This document shows positions 33,944 through 44,115 of a DNA stretch of 64,000 bases, piece after piece; the stretch's first letter is position 1, and every line of letters begins with the position of its first letter. Both the position numbers and the translations under genes were made by a program. The DNA comes from an uncultured bacterium (lineage in GTDB: Bacteria; Desulfobacterota; Binatia; HRBIN30; CADEER01): assembly GCA_965651925.1 (NCBI GenBank), contig CBFGUK010000005.1, forward strand, positions 357 through 64,356, given 5' to 3'. The notes beneath the pieces are model-generated. The model saw nothing but the letters and a program-made list of their open reading frames with translations. It was not told the DNA's origin and ran no database searches.

Positions 33944-34930
33944 TCAGTCCGCGCCGCGGCGCAGCAGTCCGGCGCGATCGTAGATCGCGTCGATGACCGC
34001 CATGTTCGCGATGCTGTCGGCGGGATCGGTCGGCGTCTGGTGCCCGTGGCGCACGGCATCGACGAACGCGCGCAGCTGGTGGCTGTAGGTCGCGTGCCCG
34101 GGCACCCGCTCACGCCGCGTTCCGGCGGGCGTTCGCACCGTGATGCGATGGGCGAAATGCGGCGCGAACGGGTTGAAGACGCGCAGCTCGCCCCGGTCGC
34201 CGCGCACGATTGCCTGCAGCTTGAGGAGCGTCGACGAGAACAGCGAACACGTGATCCGGCCGGTGCACCCGTCCGGAAACTGCAGCTCGGCGACCATGTG
34301 CCGGTCGACGTTCGGGCGCGCGAGGCGCGCCGTGGCACGCACCACCGTCGGCTCGGCGCCCGCCAGGAAGCGGACGACGCTCACCGTGTAGCAGCCGACG
34401 TCCATCGTCGCGCCGCCGGCGAGGTCGAAGCGATAGCGGATGTCGCTCGGCAGCGGCAGCGGGATGCACATCGTTGCCTCGATGTGACGGATCGTGCCGA
34501 GCTCACCGGCATCGAGGAGCGCCCGCAGTCGTCCGGCGAGCGGGTGATACCGCCAGTGGAAGGCTTCGACGAGCCGCCGCCCGCTGGCGCTCGCCGCGTC
34601 CGCCATGCGGCGCGCCTCCGCGGCGTTGGCAGCGAGCGGCTTCTCGCAGAGCACGTGCTTGCCCGCCTCGAGGGCGCGGATTGTCCATTCCGCGTGGTGA
34701 CTGTTCGGCAGCGGGTTGTAGATCGCCTCGATGTCCGGATCGGCGAGCAGTGCCGCATAGCTGTCGTGTACGTGTGCGATGCCGTGCCGGCGGGCGAACG
34801 CGCGTGCCCGCTGCGGATCGCGCGCCGCCACCGCGGTGACCGCGACATCGGGCATCGGCCGCGCCGGCCTGATGAGCGCCAGCGGAGTGATGCGTGCGGC
34901 GCCGAGGACGCCGATGCGGAGAATGGCCAT
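33944..34930 (-). CDS. Gfo/Idh/MocA family oxidoreductase
   Basis: 328-aa ORF. Contains LRIGVLGAARIT and HVLCEKPLAANAAEARRM. Confidence 0.85.
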   Translation of the reverse strand: MAILRIGVLGAARITPLALIRPARPMPDVAVTAVAARDPQRARAFARRHGIAHVHDSYAALLADPDIEAIYNPLPNSHHAEWTIRALEAGKHVLCEKPLAANAAEARRMADAASASGRRLVEAFHWRYHPLAGRLRALLDAGELGTIRHIEATMCIPLPLPSDIRYRFDLAGGATMDVGCYTVSVVRFLAGAEPTVVRATARLARPNVDRHMVAELQFPDGCTGRITCSLFSSTLLKLQAIVRGDRGELRVFNPFAPHFAHRITVRTPAGTRRERVPGHATYSHQLRAFVDAVRHGHQTPTDPADSIANMAVIDAIYDRAGLLRRGAD

Positions 34931-34963
34931 GGCGGGGCTATAGCACAGGTGGTGGCGAACCGC

Positions 34964-35083
34964 GTGCGGAGGTGCGGCACATGGGGAGCTGCTGACGCTT
35001 TGACCTGCTGGAGTCGGTAGCCATCGACCGGGGAGTGGCTGCTACAGCGCTCCACCTCCGCACCGCAGCACCTCCGCCCGCAC
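34964..35083. repeat. Inverted copies of the GCGGAGGT-type motif in a divergent promoter region
   Basis: GTGCGGAGGTG (34964-34974) against CACCTCCGCAC (35053-35063) and CACCTCCGCCCGCAC (35069-35083). Confidence 0.75.
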
Positions 35084-35144
35084 GGTTTCCCCTTCCGTGG
35101 GCTCGGGTTTCCGCTGGCGGCGCTGCGGGCTATGGTCGCCGGCA

Positions 35145-36197
35145 ATGTCGCGTCTGGACTTCTTTATCCGTCCCGCGGTGCGGGCGATGGCGGGGTACGT
35201 GCCCGGTGAGCAGCCGCAGGACGGCGGCTACATCAAGCTGAACACGAACGAGAACCCGTATCCGCCGTCGGCACACGTCCGCGCCGCGATCGGCGCCTGC
35301 GCCAGCGACGACGTGCGCCTCTATCCCGATCCACTTGCGAATGCGCTGTGCGACGCGGCGGCGCAGGTGTACGACCTGCCGCGCGACCATCTCATCGCCG
35401 GCAACGGGTCGGACGACCTGCTGGCGATGGTCATGCGCGCCTGCATCGATCCCGGCGATCGCGTCGTCTACCCGACCCCGACGTACAGTCTCTACGACAC
35501 GCTCGCCGAAATCGCCGGTGCCCGGGTCGAGCGGCTGCCGTGGCCGGCGGACTGGTCGCTGCCGCCGGGGCTGGCGGAGGCCGGCGGGCGGGTGACCATC
35601 GTCTGCAACCCGAACGCGCCGTCGGGAACCGTGGTGCCGATCGGCGCGCTCGACGAGCTGGCGCGTCGTGTTCCGGGCCTGCTGGTGATCGACGAGGCGT
35701 ACGTCGACTTCGCGCCGGACCATGCGCTGCGACTGGTCCGCACGCACGACAACGTCCTCGTGCTGCGCACGCTGTCGAAGTCGTATTCGCTCGCCGGCAT
35801 GCGCGTCGGCCTCGGCTGCGCGCAGCCGGCATTGATCGCCGAGCTGATGAAGGTGAAGGATTCCTACAACCTGAGCCGCGTCAGTATCGCCGCCGGTGCG
35901 GCGGCGCTCGCCGACAGCGAGGCGATGCGTGCGCACGTCGCACGCGTCGCCGCCACGCGCACCCGCCTCGAGGAGCGACTGCGGGCGCTCGGCTGGCAGG
36001 TGCCACCGAGTGCCGCGAACTTCGTCCTCGCCCGCCGCCCGGGCCACGATCAGCGCGCGACCTACGAGCAGCTCAAGGCGCAACGGATCCTCGTCCGCTA
36101 CTTCGCCACGCCCGAGCTCCGCGACGCCCTGCGCATCTCGATCGGCACCGACGAGGAGATCGACGCGCTGCTCGATGCGCTCACCGCGCCGGGGTGA
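35145..36197 (+). CDS. hisC: Histidinol-phosphate aminotransferase
   Basis: ATG 35145 inside ORF 35097..36197. Contains IKLNTNENPYPPS, GNGSDDLL, VIDEAYVDF and RTLSKSYSLAGMRVG (PLP lysine context). Confidence 0.85.
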   Translation: MSRLDFFIRPAVRAMAGYVPGEQPQDGGYIKLNTNENPYPPSAHVRAAIGACASDDVRLYPDPLANALCDAAAQVYDLPRDHLIAGNGSDDLLAMVMRACIDPGDRVVYPTPTYSLYDTLAEIAGARVERLPWPADWSLPPGLAEAGGRVTIVCNPNAPSGTVVPIGALDELARRVPGLLVIDEAYVDFAPDHALRLVRTHDNVLVLRTLSKSYSLAGMRVGLGCAQPALIAELMKVKDSYNLSRVSIAAGAAALADSEAMRAHVARVAATRTRLEERLRALGWQVPPSAANFVLARRPGHDQRATYEQLKAQRILVRYFATPELRDALRISIGTDEEIDALLDALTAPG

Positions 36198-36214
36198 GCC
36201 CGTCGCGTGACGGG

Positions 36215-37579
36215 TCAGCCGGCCGGCGGCGTCGCGTCCGCCGCGGCGAAATCCACCGCGCGCTTGTCGATGTCCTTGAACTGGTACTCGCCGAGACGCA
36301 GCACGGCGGCGTCGCCGGCCCGCTGGGCCGTGTACTCGGTGGCCGGCGGATTCGACGTATGCATGCCGGCGTGCAACGTGCCGAGCGTGCTGCCGTCCTT
36401 CCCCGTGACGGTGATCGTCAGCGCCGGCGGTGCGAGCCCGTAGGTGGCGAGGTCTGAAGGGGCCTCCGCCAGCACTTCGGTACCGGCGAGACGGCTGAGC
36501 GCACCGACGAACGCGTCGACCGCGTCCGTGTTCACCGTGCCGTGGAGGCCCCCCACCGTCCAGCCGTTCTCTCCGGCCGTCAGCGTGACCGTCTCTCCGC
36601 CGTCGGGGCGGGCGATGGTGATCGAGCCGGCGGTCGCCGGGTCGAAGGCGAGCAGCGTCTTGTCGCGCAGCTCGGCGATCCCCTTGCTCAGATCGGGCGC
36701 CACCCACTTGCCGACGACGAACGCCGTCGGCCGGTCGCCGGCCTGCACGTACAGCCCCTGATCCGTTTCCTTGCCGACCCGCAGGCGCACCTCGCGATCC
36801 GCGCTGGTGCGCAGCACGATTTCGCGCGCCGGAGTCGCCAGGCCGTAGGTCTCGAGATCGGCGGGGGACGGTTGATCGCTCGCGAAGTCGGTGGCGCGCA
36901 GGTTGCGGATCGTCGTGAGCATCGCGCGCACCGCGGCCGGGTCGGCGCGCTGGACCGCCGGTTGCTCGATCATCCACGTGCCGTCCTGCCTGGCGATCTC
37001 GACGGTTTCGGTCGGCTCCCGCAGGACGATCGCCGTGATCTCGTCCTCGTTGAACTCGACGACCGTCTTGTCGCGCAGATCCTTCGGCTGCTTGTCGACG
37101 CCGGTGCGGAAACCCGAGCCGGTGAGATAGACAGCCGGCCGGTCGGCGCGCTGGACGTAGGTCGCCATGCTTACGGCGGTGTTCTTGCCGACCTTGATCG
37201 GCGGCACCTCGGCATCGGTGGCGGTGAGCGTGATGGTCACGAACGGCGACGCGAGCCCGAACGGTGCGAGGTCGGCCGGCGGATCGTCGATCGTCTTCTT
37301 CACCTCGGCGTCGGTGATGGCACGCAACAGGTTCGCGACCACGATCTGATCGGCGGCGGCGTCGACCGGGGCGGTGAGCCGCCAGCGTCCGTCGCGCTTC
37401 TCGAGCGCGAGCTCGCGGTCGCCGTACGTCAGGCGTACGCCCGTCACCTGGTCGGCGTCGAGCGCCAGCAGCGTCTCGGTCTCGGCCTCCTTCGCGGCGC
37501 GCTCGCGCTCGACGAAGTAGAAGTACGCGACCAGGCCGGCGAGGATCAGCGCGAGGACGACAGTGGAACGGAACCGCAT
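36215..37579 (-). CDS. DUF4340-like membrane-anchored protein
   Basis: ATG 37579 inside ORF 36215..37624. One N-terminal TM helix (STVVLALILAGLVAYFYFV) followed by repeated beta-rich modules. It is the last gene of the GldFG-like ABC cluster. Confidence 0.7.
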   Translation of the reverse strand: MRFRSTVVLALILAGLVAYFYFVERERAAKEAETETLLALDADQVTGVRLTYGDRELALEKRDGRWRLTAPVDAAADQIVVANLLRAITDAEVKKTIDDPPADLAPFGLASPFVTITLTATDAEVPPIKVGKNTAVSMATYVQRADRPAVYLTGSGFRTGVDKQPKDLRDKTVVEFNEDEITAIVLREPTETVEIARQDGTWMIEQPAVQRADPAAVRAMLTTIRNLRATDFASDQPSPADLETYGLATPAREIVLRTSADREVRLRVGKETDQGLYVQAGDRPTAFVVGKWVAPDLSKGIAELRDKTLLAFDPATAGSITIARPDGGETVTLTAGENGWTVGGLHGTVNTDAVDAFVGALSRLAGTEVLAEAPSDLATYGLAPPALTITVTGKDGSTLGTLHAGMHTSNPPATEYTAQRAGDAAVLRLGEYQFKDIDKRAVDFAAADATPPAG

Positions 37580-37598
37580 GGCGGAGCGGGCGCCGAGG

Positions 37599-39155
37599 CT
37601 ACTCGCGGCGCCACCAGGCGACAAGTCCGGCGAGCAGCAGCAGCTCGGGGAGCACCAGGACCGACAGGTAGAAGATTGCGGTGCCCTCGCGTTCGGTGAA
37701 GTTCACGCGCGAGGCGCGCAACGCGCGCGGCCGGATCGACAGCAGGTCGGACTGGCCGACGAGCCAGCCGACCGTGTTGAGGAACAGGTCGCGGTTGTAG
37801 AACGTGCCTTCGAGATGCTGGTTGTCGGCGAACTCGCTCGAGCCGAACACCGCGATGCGCGCGTCCGTGCCGGTGGCGCCATCGCCGAACTGCGTCAGGT
37901 CGAGCTCGGCCGCGACGGCGATCGGCACCGGGCCACGCCGGTCGGTGGGATCGAGCGCCGCCTGCTGCTGCTGGAACAGGCCGGCGAGATCGGTCTCGGC
38001 CCAGCTCGACGGGCTCGTCCTGACGAGCTCGGTGACCTTCACGCCCGCCTTGCCGTCGGCGGCGCCGCTGACCGAGCGAGTCATCGGAAACAGCGTGCGG
38101 CCGTTGATCGCGCGGGTGATCTCGTGCTCGGGATCGTAGGTCTCGACCAGCGGCGCGAGACCGAGCGCGGGGCCCTGGAAGAGGCGCACGACCTGGTCGA
38201 CGACGACGTCCTGGCCGAGCTGCACGCCGTACGGCTCGAGGAAGGCGACGAACTCCTGCGCCTGGCGCGGCGGCAGCATGAGCAGCAGCCGCCCGCCGCC
38301 GCGGACGTAGGCGTCGAGGAGCGGGAGCTCCTGTGACAGGAACGGCCGCGTCGGGCCGGCGACGATGACCGCCGAGCAGTCCGCCGGCACGGCATCGAGC
38401 GTCGCCAGCAGTACCGGCTTCACCGTATACGTCTCGTTCTCCAGCGCCTGCTTGAGCAGCGCGAAGCCGCGCGCGTTCTCGCGATCGTCGAGACCCGGCT
38501 CGCCGTGGCCCTCGACGACGCAGATCGTCTGCGAACCGGTGCGCGTCAGCTTGATCAGCGCGTTGGTCAGATTCTCCTCGCTCGGCTCGGTCACCTGGCT
38601 CGAGGCTTCGCCGTACTGCAGCCGGACGGTGTTGTAGGCCTTGATGCCGTAGCGCTCGGCGAGCTCGGGCTCGCGATCGGGGTCGACGAGGCGATAGCGG
38701 ACCTGGCTCGACGCCTCGCGGTAGTTCTTGAGGAGATCGTCGAGCTCGGGGTTCGCGCCGCCCTCGACGAACGCCTCCATGCGCAGATCCTGCGTCAGCC
38801 CCTGCAGGACCTGGGCGGACTGCGGTGACAGGCTGAAGACCCGCTCGCTGGTGAGGTCGAACCGCGCGTTGTGGCGATACGCGAGCACGTTCAGCACGCC
38901 GAGAATGGCGATGAACAGCAGCGAGGCGACGATCGTGTTCGTGCCGTAGCGGGTCGAGCGCTCGCCGAGGAAGGTGCGCAGGTTGTCGACGCCGGTGCTG
39001 AAGTAGGCGATCAGCGCCAGCACGCCGGCGATGGCGTGCACGGCGACATAGATGACGTCGAAGACGGTCGCGAGCCGCGTCAATGCCAGCGCGACGCCGG
39101 CAAAAAGCAGCAGGATGATGCCGATCAGGCCGAGAAGGCCGCCACTGCGCCGCAC
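37599..39155 (-). CDS. GldG-like ABC-transporter auxiliary component
   Basis: 518-aa ORF with N- and C-terminal TM helices and a large extracytoplasmic domain. It sits immediately downstream of the ABC-2 permease. Confidence 0.75.
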   Translation of the reverse strand: MRRSGGLLGLIGIILLLFAGVALALTRLATVFDVIYVAVHAIAGVLALIAYFSTGVDNLRTFLGERSTRYGTNTIVASLLFIAILGVLNVLAYRHNARFDLTSERVFSLSPQSAQVLQGLTQDLRMEAFVEGGANPELDDLLKNYREASSQVRYRLVDPDREPELAERYGIKAYNTVRLQYGEASSQVTEPSEENLTNALIKLTRTGSQTICVVEGHGEPGLDDRENARGFALLKQALENETYTVKPVLLATLDAVPADCSAVIVAGPTRPFLSQELPLLDAYVRGGGRLLLMLPPRQAQEFVAFLEPYGVQLGQDVVVDQVVRLFQGPALGLAPLVETYDPEHEITRAINGRTLFPMTRSVSGAADGKAGVKVTELVRTSPSSWAETDLAGLFQQQQAALDPTDRRGPVPIAVAAELDLTQFGDGATGTDARIAVFGSSEFADNQHLEGTFYNRDLFLNTVGWLVGQSDLLSIRPRALRASRVNFTEREGTAIFYLSVLVLPELLLLAGLVAWWRRE

Positions 39156-39159
39156 GAGC

Positions 39160-39933
39160 CTACCTCCAGCGCAGCGACTCGACCGAGCGCTGGGTGAGGA
39201 AGAGGGCGAGGATGATCACGCTTGCGAAGTACGTCAGGTCGCGCGTGTCGATGACGCCCTTCACCATTTCCGCGAAATGCTCGGTGAGGGAGAGATAGCG
39301 CAGGACCGCCCCCATCGTCTCGCCGGCGGTGTCGGCAGGCCACGAGATGACGTAGAGCAGCAGCAGCGCCACCAGGCAGCTCACCGCGGCGATGATCTGG
39401 TTCTCGGTAAATGACGAGGTCAGCAGGCCGACCGCAACGAACGCGGTGGCGAGCAGCAGCAGGCCGAGATAGCCGCTCAGGATGACGCCGGCTTCCGGAT
39501 TGCCGTACAGGACGAGGATCAGCGGGTAGATGCCGGTCAGAAGCACCATGAGGAACACGAAGCCGAACGCGCCGAGGAATTTGCCGAGCACGATCTCGGT
39601 GATCGACAGCGGCGAGGTCATCAGCAGCTCGTACGTGCCGCTGCGCTTCTCCTCGGCGAAGCTGCGCATCGTGATGACCGGCACGAGGATGACGAGGATC
39701 ACCGACAGGTTGTGCAGCAGCGGCGCGATCACGAACTCGTTCAGGTTGAGGCGCGTCATCGCCTCCGGATTGCGGAAGCTCAGGTAGAGATTGAGCAGGA
39801 AATTGAAGCGCGCGAGCAGGTTGAAGAAGAACCACCCGCCGAGCAGGAGAAACCCGGTCAGGACGACGTAGGCGATCGGCGAGGTGAACTGCGAGCGGAA
39901 ATCCTTCGCCGCGATGGCGAGCACGTTCCTCAC
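39160..39933 (-). CDS. ABC-2 type transporter permease (GldF-like)
   Basis: 257-aa polytopic ORF beginning MRNVLAIAAKDFRSQFTSPIAYVVLTGFLLLGGWFFF. Confidence 0.8.
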   Translation of the reverse strand: MRNVLAIAAKDFRSQFTSPIAYVVLTGFLLLGGWFFFNLLARFNFLLNLYLSFRNPEAMTRLNLNEFVIAPLLHNLSVILVILVPVITMRSFAEEKRSGTYELLMTSPLSITEIVLGKFLGAFGFVFLMVLLTGIYPLILVLYGNPEAGVILSGYLGLLLLATAFVAVGLLTSSFTENQIIAAVSCLVALLLLYVISWPADTAGETMGAVLRYLSLTEHFAEMVKGVIDTRDLTYFASVIILALFLTQRSVESLRWR

Positions 39934-40658
39934 GCGACCGCCTCCTCGCCGCGGCCGCGGCTGATGTAGCGCATGAAGACTTCCTCGAGCGGCGCGCCCT
40001 GGGTGAGGTGCTCGATCTGATCCTCGACGACGACGCGGCCCTCGTTGATGATCACGACCTTCTGACAGATCTGCACGACTTCCTGCAGGATGTGGGTCGA
40101 CAGGATGACCGTGCGTTCGCCGGCGAGCTCGCGCACCAGCGACCGGATCTCCCGGATCTGGCGCGGATCGAGCCCGATCGTCGGCTCGTCGAGCACGAGC
40201 ACGCGCGGCTCGTGGACGATCGCCTGGGCGAGCCCGACGCGCTGGCGATAGCCTTTCGACAGATGCCCGAGCACGCGGCGGTGCACCTCGGTGAGGCCGC
40301 AGCGCTGCAGCGCACGCTCGACGGCGTCGGACAGCGCGGCGCGCGGAATGCCCTTGATGCGCCCGACGAACTCCAGGTAGGCGGTGACCGTCATGTCCTG
40401 GTAGAGCGGCGGGTTCTCCGGCAGGTAGCCGATCCGCTTCCGTACCTCGTGCGAGTCGTGGAAGATGTCGAACCCCTCCACGGTCACGGTGCCGCTCGTC
40501 GCCGGCAAAAAGCCGGTGATGATGCGCATCGTGGTCGTCTTGCCGGCCCCGTTGGGGCCGAGGAAGCCGACCACCTCGCCCTTGCTGGCGGTGAAGGAGA
40601 CGTGTTCGACGGCGACGAGATCGCCGTAGCGTTTCGTGAGATCGCGAACTTCGATCAT
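39930..40658 (-). CDS. ABC transporter ATP-binding protein
   Basis: ATG 40658 inside ORF 39930..40835. Contains GFLGPNGAGKTTT (Walker A), LSKGYRQRVGLAQA (signature) and VLVLDEPTIGLD (Walker B). Confidence 0.9.
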   Translation of the reverse strand: MIEVRDLTKRYGDLVAVEHVSFTASKGEVVGFLGPNGAGKTTTMRIITGFLPATSGTVTVEGFDIFHDSHEVRKRIGYLPENPPLYQDMTVTAYLEFVGRIKGIPRAALSDAVERALQRCGLTEVHRRVLGHLSKGYRQRVGLAQAIVHEPRVLVLDEPTIGLDPRQIREIRSLVRELAGERTVILSTHILQEVVQICQKVVIINEGRVVVEDQIEHLTQGAPLEEVFMRYISRGRGEEAVA

Positions 40659-40824
40659 CGGCGAGCCAGGTGAGCGACGGTCATCGTAGACGACGAAGCA
40701 GTGGGGGAATTCAGTTCGCCCCGCGCGGGCGCGGCCGCATTTAGTGTTGTGCTCCAGGCATGTCAAGACACGCGGGTGCGAATTGCCGCCGCGCAGGGGG
40801 TCTGGTAGCGTCGTCAGCCGCCCT

Positions 40825-43434
40825 ATGTCCGGCACTCGCCCGCGCCTCGTGCTGGTGGACGGCAGCAGCTACGTCTACCGTGCCTTCCACGCCCTGCCGC
40901 CGCTCACCGGTCCGCACGGCCTGCCGACGCACGCGGTGTACGGCTTCACCACCATGCTGCTGAAGCTGCTCACCGAGGCGCGTCCGGACTACGTCGTCGT
41001 CGTCTTCGATGCCGGGCGCCGGACGTTCCGCGACGAGCTGTATGCGCAGTACAAGGCACACCGGCCCGAGATGCCGAACGAGCTCGCCGCGCAGTTCCCG
41101 TACATACAGCGCGTCCTCGAGGCGCTGCGGATACCGGTGCTGCGCGTCGAGGGCGTCGAGGCCGATGATGTGATCGCCTCGCTGCTCGAGCGCTGCGCGG
41201 GGCCGGAGCTCGACTGCGTCGTCGTCACCGGCGACAAGGACCTCATGCAGCTCGTCCGTCCCGGCGTGCGGCTGTGGGACACGATGCGCGACAAGTGGAC
41301 CGACGTCGCCGCGGTCGAGGCGCGCTACGGCGTGCCGCCCGAGCGCATGGCCGACGTGCTGGCGCTGATGGGCGACCCGATCGACAACGTGCCGGGCGTC
41401 AGCGGGATTGGCGAAAAGACCGCGGTGGCGCTCGTGCAGGCGCTCGGCTCGGTCGAGGACGTCCTCGCCCAGCCGGATGCGGTGGCGCGCCTGCCGCTGC
41501 GCGGGGCGAAGAAGGTCGCCGAGCGGCTGGCGGCGGAGGCGGACACCGCGCGGCTGAGCAAGGCGCTGGTGCTCATCCGCCGCGACGTACCGATCACCTG
41601 CGCGCTCGAGGACCTGGCGGTCCAGCCGGTCGATCAAGCCGCGGTGCGCGCGCTGTTCACCGAGCTCGGCTTCCAGTCACTGCTGCGCCAGCTCACCGAC
41701 GAGGCGCCGCCGCTCGCCATCGAGCCGGTCACCGCGACCGACCCGAAGCAGGTGGCGGCGTGTTTTGCCCGGGCCCGCGCGGGCGGCTGGCTGGCACTCG
41801 CAACCGTGCCGGCCGCCGGGCCGCCCGCGACCACGCCGGCCGAGCAGCTGCTGCTCGTCGCCGGCGACGAGCCGCCGCTGCAGGTGGCACTCGATCGCGT
41901 GGCGCTCCGCGACGCGGCGCGCGCCGGTCTGGCCGACCCGACGCTCGAGGTCGTGGCGCACGACCTCAAGCGCGATCTGCTGGCGCTCGACGCCGCCGCG
42001 CTGCCGCTTGCGGCGCGCGGCTTCGACGTCGCGATCGCCGCCGCGCTCGTCGATGTCACCGCCGGCACGACGCTCGAGCGCCTCGGTGCCGACCTGCTCG
42101 GTATCAAGGTGCCGCCCTACCGCGACGGCGCTCCCGGGGCGGCGGCGGGCGTCACCCTGCTGCAGCCGCTCGCCGCGCAGCTGCGTGAGCGGATGCGCAT
42201 CGACGCACTGGCCGAGCTGTTCGACACGGTCGAGATGCCCCTGGTGCGCGTGCTGACGCGCATCGAGCAGCGCGGCATGCTGGTCGATGTCGCCGCGCTG
42301 CAGCGGCTCAGCGCGTCGTTCGGGGCGCGCATCGATGCCGCACTGCGCGACATCCACGCCATGGCCGGCGAGGAGTTCAACGTGCACTCGCCTCCGCAGC
42401 TGCGTGCCGTGCTCTTCGAGCGGCTGAAGTTGCCGACGCGTGGCGTGAAGCGCGGCAAGACCGGTCTGTCCACCGACGTCGACGTGCTGACCCGCCTCGC
42501 GGCGGAACACCCGCTGCCGGCGCGCATCCTCGAGTACCGCGCGCTCGCCAAGCTCAAATCGACGTACGTCGACGCGCTCCCGCTGGCGGTCAACCCGATC
42601 ACCGGGCGCCTGCACACGAGCCTCAACCAGACCGGCGCGGCGACGGGGCGGCTGAGCTCGAGCGAGCCGAACCTGCAGAACATCCCGGTGCGCGGCGAGG
42701 AGGGGCGCCGCATCCGCGAGGCGTTCATCGCCGAGCCGGGCAAGGTGCTGATCGCCGCCGACTACTCGCAGATCGAGCTGCGCGTGCTCGCCCACCTGTC
42801 GCGCGAGCCGGCGCTGATCGAGGCGTTCGTCAGCGAGCAGGACATTCATACCCGCACCGCCGCCGAGGTGTTCAACGTCCTGCCCGGCCTCGTCAGCGCC
42901 GATCAGCGGCGCGCCGCCAAGGTCATCAACTTCGGTATCCTCTACGGCATGGGCCCGCAGCGGCTCGCCAACGAGCTCGGCATCCCGATCCCCGAAGCCC
43001 AGGAGTACATCGCGCGCTATTTCGCACGCTACCCGAGCGTGCGCGGGTTCATGGAGGGCATCGTCGCCGAGGCCCGTGAGCGCGGCTTCGTCACCACGCT
43101 GCTCGGGCGCCGCCGTGCCGTGCCGGAGCTGCGCAGCCGTGAGCGGGGCGTCGCCCAGGCCGCCGCCCGCGTCGCCGCGAACACGCCGATCCAGGGCTCG
43201 GCCGCCGACCTGATCAAGCTCGCGATGGTTGGGGTCGACCGTCGCCTGAGCGAGGCGGGCGTCGATGGCGGGATGATCCTGCAGGTGCACGATGAGCTGC
43301 TGCTCGAGGTCGCCGAGGCGGATCGCGAGCGCGCCTGCGCCATGGTGCGCGAGGAGATGGAGGGGGTCGCCCGGCTCGCCGTGCCACTCAAGGTCGAGCT
43401 CGGCATCGGGTACACATGGGCGGAGGCACATTAA
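40825..43434 (+). CDS. polA: DNA polymerase I
   Basis: ATG 40825 inside ORF 40744..43434. The 5'-nuclease N-terminus is LVLVDGSSYVYRAFHALPPL. The polymerase domain has DYSQIELRVLAHLS, RRAAKVINFGILYGM and QVHDELLLEV. Confidence 0.95.
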   Translation: MSGTRPRLVLVDGSSYVYRAFHALPPLTGPHGLPTHAVYGFTTMLLKLLTEARPDYVVVVFDAGRRTFRDELYAQYKAHRPEMPNELAAQFPYIQRVLEALRIPVLRVEGVEADDVIASLLERCAGPELDCVVVTGDKDLMQLVRPGVRLWDTMRDKWTDVAAVEARYGVPPERMADVLALMGDPIDNVPGVSGIGEKTAVALVQALGSVEDVLAQPDAVARLPLRGAKKVAERLAAEADTARLSKALVLIRRDVPITCALEDLAVQPVDQAAVRALFTELGFQSLLRQLTDEAPPLAIEPVTATDPKQVAACFARARAGGWLALATVPAAGPPATTPAEQLLLVAGDEPPLQVALDRVALRDAARAGLADPTLEVVAHDLKRDLLALDAAALPLAARGFDVAIAAALVDVTAGTTLERLGADLLGIKVPPYRDGAPGAAAGVTLLQPLAAQLRERMRIDALAELFDTVEMPLVRVLTRIEQRGMLVDVAALQRLSASFGARIDAALRDIHAMAGEEFNVHSPPQLRAVLFERLKLPTRGVKRGKTGLSTDVDVLTRLAAEHPLPARILEYRALAKLKSTYVDALPLAVNPITGRLHTSLNQTGAATGRLSSSEPNLQNIPVRGEEGRRIREAFIAEPGKVLIAADYSQIELRVLAHLSREPALIEAFVSEQDIHTRTAAEVFNVLPGLVSADQRRAAKVINFGILYGMGPQRLANELGIPIPEAQEYIARYFARYPSVRGFMEGIVAEARERGFVTTLLGRRRAVPELRSRERGVAQAAARVAANTPIQGSAADLIKLAMVGVDRRLSEAGVDGGMILQVHDELLLEVAEADRERACAMVREEMEGVARLAVPLKVELGIGYTWAEAH

Positions 43435-43449
43435 CATGCGCGGCGGTCT

Positions 43450-43474
43450 GAATACCGGCCACGGTGCGCCGTCT
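43450..43474 (+). promoter_or_regulatory. Possible ECF-type autoregulated promoter (GAAT-N16-CGTCT)
   Basis: GAAT at 43450-43453 and CGTCT at 43470-43474, about 20 nt upstream of the GTG at 43494. Motif resemblance only. Confidence 0.25.
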
Positions 43475-43493
43475 ATGGCGCTGGGTTCTCCCA

Positions 43494-44063
43494 GTGGCGC
43501 GTAGCGATCGCGAACTCGTTCGCGACAGCCGGCTGGGTGACAAGGAGGCCTTCCGCGAGCTCGTAGAACGATACCAGCGCAAGATCCTGGCGGTCGCCGT
43601 CGGCATGGTGCACAACCGCGACGATGCCCTCGAGCTGACGCAGGAAACGTTTGTCAAAGCGTACGAAAACCTAGATCGTTTCAAGGGCGAGTCGAGCTTC
43701 TATACATGGCTGTACCGCATCGTCGTGAACCTGGGGATCGATTTCCGTCGTCGCGGTCGGCGGCAGGGCACTGTGGCGCTCGCCGACCGGCCGGGAGGCG
43801 GCGAGGACATCGAGGCGACGCTGCCCGAGCAGCGGCTGGCCGATCCCTACCAGCAGACGCGATCGCGACAGATCGGGGAACGCATGCAGCAGGCCATCAA
43901 CGAGTTGACCCCCGATCACAAAGCGGTCATACTCCTGCGCGAAGTCGAAGGGCTCTCCTACGAAGACATCAGCCGAGTCATGCAGTGCTCAAAAGGCACC
44001 GTCATGAGCCGACTGCATTACGCGCGCAAGAAGCTGCAGGACAAGCTGAAGGACCTGCTGTGA
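43494..44063 (+). CDS. ECF (sigma-70 family group 4) RNA polymerase sigma factor
   Basis: ORF 43464..44063; GTG 43494 is preferred (VARSDRELVRDSRLGDKEAFRELVERY). Region 2 is ALELTQETFVKAYENLDRF...FYTWLYRIVVN. Region 4 is LSYEDISRVMQCSKGTVMSRLHYARKKL. Confidence 0.85.
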   Translation: MARSDRELVRDSRLGDKEAFRELVERYQRKILAVAVGMVHNRDDALELTQETFVKAYENLDRFKGESSFYTWLYRIVVNLGIDFRRRGRRQGTVALADRPGGGEDIEATLPEQRLADPYQQTRSRQIGERMQQAINELTPDHKAVILLREVEGLSYEDISRVMQCSKGTVMSRLHYARKKLQDKLKDLL

Positions 44064-44115
44064 GGCGCGCTGCCAGGGGAGCCGGCAGGATGCCGGATCG
44101 ACTGTGGACACCGGC

